From IMG/VR virus record IMGVR_UViG_3300043409_001462, positions 109,385 through 173,384 of that record: DNA of 64,000 nucleotides. One strand, written 5' to 3'. The stretch's first letter is position 1; each line of letters starts with the position of its first letter. Position numbers and translations under genes: made by a program. Under the pieces are notes generated by a model. It was not told where the DNA came from and did no database searches. It saw only the letters and a program-made list of their open reading frames with translations. The DNA is from a virus. This document shows, in pieces, positions 42,465-52,310 of this stretch.

Positions 42465-44522
42465 ATGGAAAAGATAGGCTTATACCTCACAAGCACATGG
42501 ATGGTTGCTATCAGCGCCTGTCTCCTGTTGACATTGTATGTAATCAATCCAAGTCCTATACAAACACTTCAGCTAAAAACTTTTGATTATCTAATAACTT
42601 CACTTGATAGAAAACAATCAGATGAAATTGTCGTTGTCAACTTTGGTGAAAAGTCGGTCGAACAGTTTGGTCAGTGGCCATTCGACAGACGCGATATCGC
42701 AAAGACGATTGATAAACTAAAAGAAAACGGTGCTGCGGTAATCGTTGCACCTATTTTGTTTTCCGAAAAGGATAGAGCAGGTGGCGATGATGAACTGGCA
42801 AAAACTCTTGATGGTGTTATCCTCGCACAAACACCTACTACACAAAACAATAAGCCTGATTCGGTCCGTCGTGGGTTCGCTAGTATCGGTCCTATTGATC
42901 CTGCTGGGGTTGTCTATCGTTGGCCTGGTGGACTACGCCCTCTTGACCAGCATGCCAAAGTTGCCTCAGGAGTTGGTGTGGTCGCAACAGTTCCTGAAGT
43001 GGACGGTGTGGTTCGCCGTATTCCTTTACTTGTCAATATTGCATCTGGTCTTTATCCAAGTATTCCTTTGGAGACCATTCGTGTCGCTGCTGGAGATCCT
43101 AGCTTTCAAGTTAAGACGAACGAAGGTGGAATAGAGGCTGTAAGGGTTCCAGCGTTTCCTGCTATACCAACTGATGAAAGAGGACGAATCTGGTTAAGCT
43201 GGAATACCAAATTTGAAACAATAGAAACAACTCAAATCGACAACCGTGTCAAAGATAAGATAGTCATACTTGGTTTGACTATTGAAGGTGTTGGAGGTAT
43301 AATAGGTACTCCAATAGGTGAGAAGTGGGCACATGAGATACAAGCTCAGGCTCTTCAAACACTAGTTGATGGTACTTCTATTTCTCGCCCCAGCGTAGGA
43401 AGGCTAGTAGAAGGAATATTACTAACCACCATGCTACTACTATTGCTCCATATAGTTCCAAGACTGACTGTAGCGTTAACAGTTCCATTCTACGCTTTCA
43501 TTGTGGTTGGAGTATCAGTTTCGAGTTATTATTTATTTAAAACACAGCTGCAGTTATGGGACCCAAGTTATATAGTATTGGCTGTATCTATCATATTTGC
43601 CCATCTAGTGTTTAATAACTTTGCTCGTGAGTTTAGATTAAAGCAACAAATCAAGAAGCAATTTGGAACTTATCTTTCACCAGCTTTGGTTGAAAAGTTG
43701 CAGAAAAATCCAGAACTACTAAGATTAGGAGGAGAAACACGTGAGCTATCTATTATGTTTACTGACGTTAGGGGTTTCACGACTATTTCTGAACATTATG
43801 GTAGTGATGTACAAGGTCTTACGCAAATAATGAATCGATATATGACAGCGATGACAGCTAAGATAATTCAAAACGAAGGTACATTAGACAAGTATATTGG
43901 CGATGCTCAGATGGCGTTTTGGAATGCACCACTAGATGATGAAATGCACGCTAGACATGCAGTAAAAACGGCGTTGGAGATGTTAAATGATTTGGAACGA
44001 TTTAATAAAGAAATCGCTTTGGAAGGAGTTCCTGCTTTCGGTATGGGATTGGGTATTAACACTGGTAGTGTTGTTGTGGGTAACATGGGAAGTTCTCAGC
44101 GTTTTGATTACACATGTTTGGGTGATACTGTTAATTTGGCTTCGAGGTTAGAAGGTCAATCAAAACCATATCATGTAAAGATGGTTATCGGACCACAAAC
44201 ATATGAGTATGTTAAGGATGAATACCTATGCTTAGAGCTAGATTGTCTTGCTGTTAAGGGTAAAACAAAAGGCGTTAACATATACACTATCGTAAACAAG
44301 AATGGACTCAACATAGCCGCATCTCGCTCTCACGCAGAATTTTTAATGCATTATCGTGAACAAAATTGGGATAAAGCTCTTGAATATATACCGTATATAG
44401 AACAAGCATTCGAAGGCGATATGATAGAATACTATGAAATGATGAAAGAGAGAGTAGAGGACTATAAGAAGAATCCTCTATCAAAGGATTGGGATGGAGT
44501 ATATCGTACCAACAGCAAGTAA
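42465..44522 (+). CDS. CHASE2-domain class III adenylate cyclase
   Basis: GQWPFDR, DGVVRR, three TM helices, FTDVRGFT, DKYIGDA, GDTVNLASRLE, VKGK. Confidence 0.92.
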   Translation: MEKIGLYLTSTWMVAISACLLLTLYVINPSPIQTLQLKTFDYLITSLDRKQSDEIVVVNFGEKSVEQFGQWPFDRRDIAKTIDKLKENGAAVIVAPILFSEKDRAGGDDELAKTLDGVILAQTPTTQNNKPDSVRRGFASIGPIDPAGVVYRWPGGLRPLDQHAKVASGVGVVATVPEVDGVVRRIPLLVNIASGLYPSIPLETIRVAAGDPSFQVKTNEGGIEAVRVPAFPAIPTDERGRIWLSWNTKFETIETTQIDNRVKDKIVILGLTIEGVGGIIGTPIGEKWAHEIQAQALQTLVDGTSISRPSVGRLVEGILLTTMLLLLLHIVPRLTVALTVPFYAFIVVGVSVSSYYLFKTQLQLWDPSYIVLAVSIIFAHLVFNNFAREFRLKQQIKKQFGTYLSPALVEKLQKNPELLRLGGETRELSIMFTDVRGFTTISEHYGSDVQGLTQIMNRYMTAMTAKIIQNEGTLDKYIGDAQMAFWNAPLDDEMHARHAVKTALEMLNDLERFNKEIALEGVPAFGMGLGINTGSVVVGNMGSSQRFDYTCLGDTVNLASRLEGQSKPYHVKMVIGPQTYEYVKDEYLCLELDCLAVKGKTKGVNIYTIVNKNGLNIAASRSHAEFLMHYREQNWDKALEYIPYIEQAFEGDMIEYYEMMKERVEDYKKNPLSKDWDGVYRTNSK

Positions 44523-44532
44523 GTTTTTATAC

Positions 44533-44967
44533 TTACTTGCCTTTATTTGCTGGCTCTGCTTTGGGCTCTTGCTTTGGTGGCGTTATGGATATATTATCTA
44601 TCTTGATAGTACTATTATTATGCTTGGCTGCTAATTCTTCTGCAGCCTTAACCTGTTTATCGGCAGCTTCAAGTTCGCGAGATTGAGCTTTAGCTGCTGT
44701 TTCTACGTCGTGTAGGTGTCTTTCTGATTCAATTTCTTTACCGCGTAACTGTAATACAATATTAATTTTTTGATTCAAACGAATCAAATCATTGTCTAAC
44801 ATACGGATACGATCTATGAGTGCTATAAGTACAGTGCTGGCTTCACTTGTTACAGGTTTGATCTCTTTTGTTGCCCAGGTCCATACATAGTAAATCATAT
44901 ATCCCATGCCACCAGCGGCTACAATAGGAAATCCGTATTTGTTAATTAGTTCTGCTAACCCACCCAT
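44533..44967 (-). CDS. Membrane protein (YvrJ/holin-like), paralog B
   Basis: YGFPIVAA TM helix, LIDRIRMLDNDLIRL. Confidence 0.7.
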   Translation of the reverse strand: MGGLAELINKYGFPIVAAGGMGYMIYYVWTWATKEIKPVTSEASTVLIALIDRIRMLDNDLIRLNQKINIVLQLRGKEIESERHLHDVETAAKAQSRELEAADKQVKAAEELAAKHNNSTIKIDNISITPPKQEPKAEPANKGK

Positions 44968-45248
44968 TAGTCTCTCCTTGCATCATTTTTGCCATCTGCG
45001 CGTGCGATTCTATCCACGTCTGGCTTTACGCCCAATGCGTTTGAAACCAATGTATCGATTCGAATAACGTCATGATTCATTGTTTTGACACGATTATCAA
45101 GAGCAGTAATAATACCAGAGAGACTCTTGACCGCAGACATAACACCAGCGAGGATAAATTTCATTGTTAGAAATACAAAATATCCACCAGCACAGGCTGA
45201 AGCGATAGGAAACCCTACCTCGGCTACTAATTTAAACCATTCATCCAT
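44967..45248 (-). CDS. Membrane protein (YvrJ/holin-like), paralog A
   Basis: VGFPIASA TM helix, LDNRVKTMNHDVIRI. Confidence 0.7.
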   Translation of the reverse strand: MDEWFKLVAEVGFPIASACAGGYFVFLTMKFILAGVMSAVKSLSGIITALDNRVKTMNHDVIRIDTLVSNALGVKPDVDRIARADGKNDARRD

Positions 45249-45289
45249 ATCAACACCTTTTTAGTTGACTTATCAGTAAGAATATAGTA

Positions 45290-45297
45290 TATTTATA
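45290..45297 (-). promoter_or_regulatory. T4-type late promoter (minus strand)
   Basis: TATTTATA on + = TATAAATA on -; overlaps the divergent nrdA promoter region (TTGACT 45265). Confidence 0.65.
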
Positions 45298-45315
45298 ATC
45301 AAGAGGAGAATAAAA

Positions 45316-47607
45316 ATGATGGCAAGTATTCAAGTAACGAAGCGTAACGGTAGTAAAGAACCTCTTGATCTGAATAAATTCCATAAGGTGGTAGCTTGGG
45401 CTTGTGAAGGACTGAATGCAGTTTCTGAATCAGAAATTGAATTGAAGTCGCATATTCAGTTTTATAATGGAATCAAAACAACAGACATTCAAGAAACTTT
45501 GATCAAAGCTGCAGCTGATTTGATCAGTGAAGATACTCCTGCGTATCAGTATGTTGCTGGTCGTCTTATTAACTATCATCTTAGAAAGCAAGTTTATGGC
45601 GACTACAACCTTCCTACTCTCGTTGCTCATATTGATAATGTTATTGGGGCTGGATACTACGACAAGAATATTAAAGAATGGTATTCTATTGATGATATGG
45701 TTATTCTTAATTCTTATATTGATCACAAGCGAGACTTTTCAATTGCTTATGTTGGTATGGAGCAATTTCGCGGCAAATATTTGATCAAGAACCGTTCGAC
45801 TGGACAAGTTTTTGAAACGCCTCAGTTTGCGTACATGCTGATAGCAATGGTGTTATTCCGCAATTATCCAAAAGAAACACGTTTGAAATGGGTAAAGGAT
45901 TTATATGACGCAACATCTACTTTTGAAATTTCGCTGCCGACTCCTATTATGGCAGGTCTCCGCTCGCCTCAGAAGCAATTCTCTTCGTGCGTCCTTATCG
46001 AGGCAGATGACAGCCTTGATTCAATTAATGCTACAGCTTCCGCAATCGTTAAGTATGTTTCTCAAAAAGCTGGTATCGGTATTAATGCTGGGCGTATTCG
46101 TGCTCTCGGCTCTCCTATTCGCGCTGGTGATACTACGCATACTGGTGTGGTGCCTTTCTTCAAGCACTTTCAGTCTGCAGTTAAATCGTGTTCACAAGGC
46201 GGTGTCAGAGGCGGTGCAGCAACTCTATACTACCCTATCTGGCATTTGGAAGTCGAAGATCTATTGGTACTAAAGAACAACAAAGGTACAGAAGATAATC
46301 GTATCCGTGGTTTGGACTATGGCGTTCAATTTAATAAGGTGATGTATGAAAGACTGCTTGTGGGTGGAAACATCACCCTCTTTTCCCCTAATGACGTTCC
46401 TGCTCTTTATGATGCTTTCTTTGTGGACGTGGATAAGTTTCGAACTCTATACCTCGAAGCAGAAGCAGATCCAACCATCAGAAGAAAGTCAATCCCAGCC
46501 GTTGACCTCTTTTCAGCTTTCATGCAAGAGAGAAAAGATACAGGGCGAATTTACCTGCAAAATGTAGATCATGCAAACGACCACGGATCCTTCATCAAAG
46601 AACTAGCACCCATTCATCAGTCTAACCTTTGCTGTGAAATTGACTTGCCGACCAAGCCACTAAATGATATTAATGATCCTGATGGAGAGATTTCACTATG
46701 TACATTAGCTGCTATCAACTGGGGAAAAATTCGTGATCCTGCTGACTTTGAACGTCCTTGCACTTTGGCTGTTCGTGCACTTGATGAGCTACTCGACTAT
46801 CAGGACTATCCTGTCTTGGCAGCAAAAAATTCCACGATGGCAAGGCGTCCTCTTGGAGTTGGTATCATTAATCTTGCTTATTGGCTCGCTCGTAATGATT
46901 TGTCTTACCAGCATATTGATCATGATGGTTTGAGTAAGCTACATTCATTTGCAGAGGCTTGGTCTTATTATCTTATTAAAGCATCAGTTGATCTAGCAGA
47001 GGAGAAGGGTGCCTGTGAGAAGAGTAATGAAACAAAGTATAGTCAAGGTGCGTTCCCCATACACACCTACAAGAGAGAACTGGACGATATTGTATCGCCT
47101 GAATATCGGATGGACTGGGTTTCGTTGGGCGCTAAAGTTCAGCGTGTCGGCATCAGGAACTCAACTCTTATGGCTCTCATGCCATCAGAAACATCAGCAC
47201 AGATTAGCAACGCAACGAATGGTATTGAACCGCCAAGATCTTTGGTTTCGGTTAAACAAAGTAAGGATGGTGTACTTAAGCAAGTCGTACCTGAGGTGCG
47301 TAAGCTTAAAAAGAAGTACGATCTTCTCTGGGACCAACAATCGCCAGAGGGATACCTTAAAATCTGTGCAGTTCTTCAGAAGTTCATTGATCAAGGAATT
47401 TCCGTTAACACCTCGTACAACCCAAAGTTCTACGAAGATGAAAAGATACCGATGAGTGATATGATTGGTCATCTATTGATGTTCTATAAGTATGGTGGAA
47501 AACAGCTATATTATTTCAACACCAATGATGGTGCTGGCGAGTATGAAGAAGCACCATTGGCTCCTGGCGTAGATAACGAAGAGGATTGTGAATCATGCAA
47601 GATTTAA
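45316..47607 (+). CDS. nrdA: Ribonucleotide reductase class Ia alpha subunit
   Basis: ATP cone, QFSSC, SNLCCE, ISLCTL, LYY, C-terminal CESC. Confidence 0.97.
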   Translation: MMASIQVTKRNGSKEPLDLNKFHKVVAWACEGLNAVSESEIELKSHIQFYNGIKTTDIQETLIKAAADLISEDTPAYQYVAGRLINYHLRKQVYGDYNLPTLVAHIDNVIGAGYYDKNIKEWYSIDDMVILNSYIDHKRDFSIAYVGMEQFRGKYLIKNRSTGQVFETPQFAYMLIAMVLFRNYPKETRLKWVKDLYDATSTFEISLPTPIMAGLRSPQKQFSSCVLIEADDSLDSINATASAIVKYVSQKAGIGINAGRIRALGSPIRAGDTTHTGVVPFFKHFQSAVKSCSQGGVRGGAATLYYPIWHLEVEDLLVLKNNKGTEDNRIRGLDYGVQFNKVMYERLLVGGNITLFSPNDVPALYDAFFVDVDKFRTLYLEAEADPTIRRKSIPAVDLFSAFMQERKDTGRIYLQNVDHANDHGSFIKELAPIHQSNLCCEIDLPTKPLNDINDPDGEISLCTLAAINWGKIRDPADFERPCTLAVRALDELLDYQDYPVLAAKNSTMARRPLGVGIINLAYWLARNDLSYQHIDHDGLSKLHSFAEAWSYYLIKASVDLAEEKGACEKSNETKYSQGAFPIHTYKRELDDIVSPEYRMDWVSLGAKVQRVGIRNSTLMALMPSETSAQISNATNGIEPPRSLVSVKQSKDGVLKQVVPEVRKLKKKYDLLWDQQSPEGYLKICAVLQKFIDQGISVNTSYNPKFYEDEKIPMSDMIGHLLMFYKYGGKQLYYFNTNDGAGEYEEAPLAPGVDNEEDCESCKI

Positions 47608-47804
47608 ATCACTGTGATTGTTCAACTATTTGTTCTCGTTGGGTACGATACAGCGACGGTTCTGGTGGATGGTTTTGTCCTTATGCTCTCTACTCTGAGA
47701 CCATCTGTAAAAAAACTACCGACATTGGTAAAGATATGCAACCAACAATTGTTGAAAAAGTTGTGCCAAAAATAATTGAATATGATGAAAGTTGTAAAAT
47801 ATGA
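47595..47804 (+). CDS. Cys-rich hypothetical protein
   Basis: Overlapping chain after nrdA. Confidence 0.5.
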   Translation: MQDLNHCDCSTICSRWVRYSDGSGGWFCPYALYSETICKKTTDIGKDMQPTIVEKVVPKIIEYDESCKI

Positions 47805-48019
47805 GATACTTCTGTTATAATTCAATTGATCCAAAGACAGGCGATAAATCGGTTGAAACAGTATCAGAGCAACAAATTCGTGATTGGGAATGGTACGCAT
47901 GGCAACGTAGGAAGTCTTGGAAAGAAGGAACAGATTATGTGAACAAAACCTACTGTTTCCAAGACTGTCTAGATGAATGGATCATTGTTAACCAAGCATG
48001 GGAGAGTACTAATGAATGA
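47801..48019 (+). CDS. Hypothetical protein
   Basis: ATGA coupling. Confidence 0.65.
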   Translation: MRYFCYNSIDPKTGDKSVETVSEQQIRDWEWYAWQRRKSWKEGTDYVNKTYCFQDCLDEWIIVNQAWESTNE

Positions 48020-48704
48020 ATCACACGCATATCCAGCACCAGTAGTTGATTGGGGTCTAAGAACATATCTCGTTGGTGTGTTCAATCACATGGGAATCGC
48101 ATTGCTAATCAGTGCGGTTGTCAGCGCATACATTGGTCTCACACCTGAGATTGGTGCAGCTATTTGGGGAACACCATTCAAGTGGGTTGCTATCTTTGCG
48201 CCTCTTGCATTCGTATTTCTGTTTGCATATATTGCAGATAAGATTTCATCAGGAACTGCAGCAATCATGCTCTATTGTTTTGCTGGTTTGATGGGATTGA
48301 GCCTCAGTAGCATCTTTATGATATTCAAGTTGGGTAGCATTGCTAATGTGTTCTTCATTAGTGCTGCAACATTTGGTGCTACTGCATTGTATGGCTACAC
48401 TACCAAGCGCGATCTTAGTAGCATGGGTTCGTTCCTCATGATGGGCGCAATTGGTTTGATTATTGCTGGTGTCGTCAATCTGTTCCTACAGAGTAGCGTT
48501 ATGGCCTTTGTCATCAGTGTCATCGGTGTGCTTATCTTTGTTGGCTTCACCGCATATGACATGCAGGATATCAAAGAGAAGTACTACGAACTAAATGACG
48601 ATGAAGAAATCCGCAAGGCTGGTATCTTTGGCGCTCTTAATCTTTACCTAGACTTCATCAATATCTTTGTGAACCTGCTACAGTTGTTGGGAGATAGAAA
48701 GTGA
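48012..48704 (+). CDS. Bax inhibitor-1/YccA family membrane protein
   Basis: 7 TM helices, YGYTTKRDLS, TAYDMQ, ALNLYLDFINIF. Confidence 0.92.
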   Translation: MNESHAYPAPVVDWGLRTYLVGVFNHMGIALLISAVVSAYIGLTPEIGAAIWGTPFKWVAIFAPLAFVFLFAYIADKISSGTAAIMLYCFAGLMGLSLSSIFMIFKLGSIANVFFISAATFGATALYGYTTKRDLSSMGSFLMMGAIGLIIAGVVNLFLQSSVMAFVISVIGVLIFVGFTAYDMQDIKEKYYELNDDEEIRKAGIFGALNLYLDFINIFVNLLQLLGDRK

Positions 48705-48886
48705 ATGATTCATTAGAAAAAGCTAATGGTCTTCATATCGTTGTTCACGAAACAGAACCAACAGCAAAAATCTATATGTTCATAGATGGAAAATATACAC
48801 ATTGGGTTGAATATGATGTGGAACAGATGTGGAATATGATGGAAGTTTTTCGTAAAAAGCTTGATCAAATGGTGGAGAATATGTGA
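48701..48886 (+). CDS. Hypothetical protein
   Basis: GTGA coupling. Confidence 0.6.
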   Translation: MNDSLEKANGLHIVVHETEPTAKIYMFIDGKYTHWVEYDVEQMWNMMEVFRKKLDQMVENM

Positions 48887-49119
48887 TGAACGAGCGAATT
48901 AAAGAACTACATGAACAGGCTGAAGTGTATTCTTCTATGTGGACAGGGGAAGAAAAACAAAAAGCATTACTAGAAAAGTTTGCTGAGTTGATCGTTAAAG
49001 AGTGTGTTAGGTGTGTTACTCAACCAACTATTCAGGCTGAATTTCCGTATGATATTGCTATAAGAGAATTGCAAAACGTATTAGCAAATGATATGAAGTC
49101 TCACTTTGGAGTTAAGTGA
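48883..49119 (+). CDS. Hypothetical phage protein
   Basis: MNERIKEL...EKFAELIVKEC...HFGV. Confidence 0.7.
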   Translation: MMNERIKELHEQAEVYSSMWTGEEKQKALLEKFAELIVKECVRCVTQPTIQAEFPYDIAIRELQNVLANDMKSHFGVK

Positions 49120-49565
49120 TGAACAGACGTAGTATGCTATCTTTTCTTGGTGTTGGTGCTGTTGGTGCGTCAACTCTTGGCGCTCAATCAGGTATGAATC
49201 CTGTTCCTTCTACTCATGGCACAACTTACGATATGGCATATTCTATTACCAAAGAACCATACGATATTCCTATGGTAAAAGATACCAGTGGATATATCAA
49301 AGACATGCAGGAACAGCTATCGCTAATCACTAGCGACCCTGCTAAGTGGATTGCTCAGAGAGTTACAGACGAAATGAAAGATTGGCGTATGGGGTTTGGA
49401 GGTGTCAGGCTTAATGATATTGATCCAGACATTCGCAATATGAAGTCGGTCTCAGAAACAACCAAGATGCGTATGTACTTTGAACGGCGAGCAAAACGGC
49501 AAGCTGAAGTCAATCAAATGTCATTGACGGCTCGCATTGCAGAATATCTGGGAGTGAAGGTGTGA
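49116..49565 (+). CDS. Hypothetical protein with twin-arginine (Tat) signal
   Basis: MNRRSMLSFLGVGAVGA. Confidence 0.65.
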   Translation: MMNRRSMLSFLGVGAVGASTLGAQSGMNPVPSTHGTTYDMAYSITKEPYDIPMVKDTSGYIKDMQEQLSLITSDPAKWIAQRVTDEMKDWRMGFGGVRLNDIDPDIRNMKSVSETTKMRMYFERRAKRQAEVNQMSLTARIAEYLGVKV

Positions 49566-49792
49566 GTGAGTGGTCTGAGAAAAACGATTCTACTACCGAA
49601 AGTACTGAGTGGATTGTAAGATGGGAAAATGGTAAATCCAAAAGATATGTTCCCTATGATTATTTGGGTGTAACACGATTTGTTATAAACGGTCTTAAAG
49701 AAGGTAAAGTTTATCTTAACGAAAAAGAAGTTGTTGAACATATAATGTGGGATGGATCATCTTATTGTAAACTTAGGATAAATGATGAGTGA
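49562..49792 (+). CDS. Hypothetical protein
   Basis: GTGA coupling; starts MSEWSEK. Confidence 0.6.
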   Translation: MSEWSEKNDSTTESTEWIVRWENGKSKRYVPYDYLGVTRFVINGLKEGKVYLNEKEVVEHIMWDGSSYCKLRINDE

Positions 49793-49967
49793 GTGGTCTG
49801 ATAAACGCGATAGAGAATATCGTGATATAGAATATATCGATAAAACATATAAAGATAAATGGTTCGTTCATAGAGTTATTAGGTTTCTTCGTGATCATCC
49901 CGAAAGAGCGCCAGACTATATAGATTTCGTACCAGATTGGGAGACTAGGAATATAGATGTCGTATAG
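49785..49967 (+). CDS. Hypothetical protein
   Basis: Starts MSEWSDK. Confidence 0.6.
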   Translation: MSEWSDKRDREYRDIEYIDKTYKDKWFVHRVIRFLRDHPERAPDYIDFVPDWETRNIDVV

Positions 49968-51069
49968 TGTATTTGATTCAAATAACAAGAAAGACGCAAC
50001 ACAGGTAAGAGCATTCTTTGATGATGCTCCTACTATTGCTCGTTATGATAAGCAAAAGTATGCATGGATTGAGAAGCTAACTGATAAACAGCTTGGTTTC
50101 TTTTGGCGTCCAGAGGAAGTCGATATCTATAAGGATGCTAAAGATTTTAAGGATTTGACTGTCCATGAACAACATATTTTTACCTCAAATCTTAAGCGAC
50201 AAATTCTCCTTGACTCAGTACAAGGTAGGGCACCAACAATGGCATTTGGACCTATTTGTAGTTTACCTGAACTCGAAACATGGATCACAACTTGGGCATT
50301 CTCAGAGACCATCCACTCACGCAGCTATACGCACATCATACGAAACATTTATCCAAACCCATCTAAAATCTTCGACGAGATAATGGATATCCCTGAGATC
50401 GTCGATTGTGCTGGCGATATTAGTAAGTACTATGATACATTGATTGAATATAATAATCTATCAACTGTTGATCCTTATTGGGATAATGCTCCTACTATTT
50501 CAATACATGAGCACAAAAAGGCTCTTTGGCTTGCGCTAATGTCTGTTAACGTACTTGAAGGAGTTAGATTTTATGTATCTTTTGCATGCTCATGGGCATT
50601 TGCTGAAGTCAAAAGGATGGAAGGTAATGCGAAAATCATTAAGTTTATCGCTCGTGACGAAAACTTGCATCTTGCTGGAACACAACAGCTACTCAAGGCG
50701 CTACCGAAAGAGGATGAAGAATTCGCCGCAATTGCGGAAGAAACAAGAGATGAATGCTGCAAACTATTTGTGGATGCTGTTGAGCAAGAAAAGGCATGGG
50801 CAAGTTACCTATTCAAAGACGGGTCGATGGTTGGTCTCAACGAAGCCTTACTCAGCGAATATATCGAGTGGATCGCTAACAAGCGAATGACCGCTGTTGG
50901 ATTGCCAACTAAGTACAAAGGTGGTAGCAACCCATTGCCTTGGACGCAGAAGTGGATTAGTGGTTCTGAGGTTCAGGTAGCACCACAGGAAACTGAGATA
51001 ACCAGTTATGTGAATGGTGGTGTAAAGAAAGATGTTAATGGTGATACGTTTAAGGGGTTCTCATTATGA
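49957..51069 (+). CDS. nrdB: Ribonucleotide reductase class Ia beta subunit
   Basis: FFWRPEE, LLDSVQGR, ETIHSRSY, EGVRFY, RDENLH, VAPQETEITSY. Confidence 0.97.
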   Translation: MSYSVFDSNNKKDATQVRAFFDDAPTIARYDKQKYAWIEKLTDKQLGFFWRPEEVDIYKDAKDFKDLTVHEQHIFTSNLKRQILLDSVQGRAPTMAFGPICSLPELETWITTWAFSETIHSRSYTHIIRNIYPNPSKIFDEIMDIPEIVDCAGDISKYYDTLIEYNNLSTVDPYWDNAPTISIHEHKKALWLALMSVNVLEGVRFYVSFACSWAFAEVKRMEGNAKIIKFIARDENLHLAGTQQLLKALPKEDEEFAAIAEETRDECCKLFVDAVEQEKAWASYLFKDGSMVGLNEALLSEYIEWIANKRMTAVGLPTKYKGGSNPLPWTQKWISGSEVQVAPQETEITSYVNGGVKKDVNGDTFKGFSL

Positions 51070-51257
51070 TTACTGATGAACAGCAAAAAAGAAATGTAGA
51101 AAATGGTCTAGGTCCAAACGGAGATTGGAATTACAATAATTGGTTGATTTGGTTAGAAAAACAACCCAAGGTATTCAAAGAAGGTTATCGTGCAGTAGAA
51201 GAAGCTATGGGGCATCCAAGTCCTGAGTTTTGGGTGGAGAGAAAATATGACAGATGA
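51066..51257 (+). CDS. Hypothetical protein
   Basis: ATGA coupling. Confidence 0.6.
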   Translation: MITDEQQKRNVENGLGPNGDWNYNNWLIWLEKQPKVFKEGYRAVEEAMGHPSPEFWVERKYDR

Positions 51258-51624
51258 ATATAAGCAAAAGTATGACGATCTTATGAAACGTTGTGCTGAG
51301 TTTATGAGAGATTTTGCTCCACCTTCTCCATATGAGCTTGGCTTCAAAGCTGGTTGGGAAGCAGCAAAGCAAGAGTTTCATAAAGACAATACATATGTTC
51401 CTGATACAACCAAACCAGCTAAGACAATGGACATTCAGTGGCCAAGAGATAAAATGGCATGGCCATGGCCACCAACAACTGCGCCATGGCCACCAAAAGT
51501 GTACCAAGCTTGTAGTGTTTGTGGTATGGGCAGTGATATAAATAAGGCTATGTCATTTGTATGTAATAACCCACAATGCCCTACAAAGGTAACTTGCATT
51601 TCAACTACAGGAACATCAACATGA
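51247..51624 (+). CDS. Hypothetical protein with CxxC and WP repeats
   Basis: GGAG RBS. Confidence 0.65.
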   Translation: MTDEYKQKYDDLMKRCAEFMRDFAPPSPYELGFKAGWEAAKQEFHKDNTYVPDTTKPAKTMDIQWPRDKMAWPWPPTTAPWPPKVYQACSVCGMGSDINKAMSFVCNNPQCPTKVTCISTTGTST

Positions 51625-51776
51625 ACAAATACGAAATTACCTGCGAAGAATGCCTAACATCTTTTGATGTTTTATATGATACAACAGAAAGAGTTGACTA
51701 CTGTCCTTTCTGTGGTGAATTTATGCCACATCAGTCAGATGGTTGGGATGAAGAAGAAGACGTATTCGACGAGTAA
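51621..51776 (+). CDS. Small zinc-ribbon protein
   Basis: CEEC...CPFC. Confidence 0.7.
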   Translation: MNKYEITCEECLTSFDVLYDTTERVDYCPFCGEFMPHQSDGWDEEEDVFDE

Positions 51777-51800
51777 TAAATATAGGGAGGAGGACTCCCT

Positions 51801-52199
51801 ATGTGGACTTATGATGGAATTGTATTTGAAAATAAAGAAAGTTGGGTGTCGTTCGTCTACCTAATTACCAATCTTGTTAACGATAGAAAATACATCGGCA
51901 AGAAAGGATTTACCTTCTCAAAAACGAAGCAGGTAAAAGGTAAAAAGAAACGTTTCAAAGTAGAATCTGACTGGAAAGATTATTACGGTTCCTCTGAAGA
52001 GCTCAAAGCTGAAGTTGAAAAATTTGGTGAGAAAGCTTTTCGAAGAGAGATAATAAGGCTATGCAAGTCAAAGGGAGAAGCCTCCTATTTCGAAGCAAAG
52101 GAGCAATTTGCTCGAAACGTGCTAGAATCTGCGGAATATTACAATTCATGGATTTCTTGCCGAATTAGAAAATCGCACTTGATTTTTCTTAATAAATAG
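51801..52199 (+). CDS. GIY-YIG-like endonuclease
   Basis: FVYLITN...KYIGKK, YYGSS, E.K.Q, YYN. Confidence 0.8.
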   Translation: MWTYDGIVFENKESWVSFVYLITNLVNDRKYIGKKGFTFSKTKQVKGKKKRFKVESDWKDYYGSSEELKAEVEKFGEKAFRREIIRLCKSKGEASYFEAKEQFARNVLESAEYYNSWISCRIRKSHLIFLNK

Positions 52200-52216
52200 G
52201 CTATTATATAAACATT

Positions 52217-52294
52217 GCCCCAGTAGGCCAACTGGTTAGAGTCAACGGACTTAAAATTCGTACAGTGTCGGTTCGAATCCGACCTGGGGCACCA
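52217..52294 (+). tRNA. tRNA-Leu(TAA), short variable loop
   Basis: Loop CTTAAAA, A73, CCA, 5-nt variable loop. Confidence 0.88.
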
Positions 52295-52310
52295 AAATTT
52301 CGAGGAAAAT

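Noticed and set aside
19802-51069. Inteins or alternative genetic code in core genes
   Set aside because: Core proteins have normal lengths and read through under the standard code
51801-52199. Mobile homing endonuclease/intron
   Set aside because: Only a single GIY-YIG-like domain with no DNA-binding extension, and no interrupted gene nearby; nrdA, nrdB, gp43 and thyX are continuous
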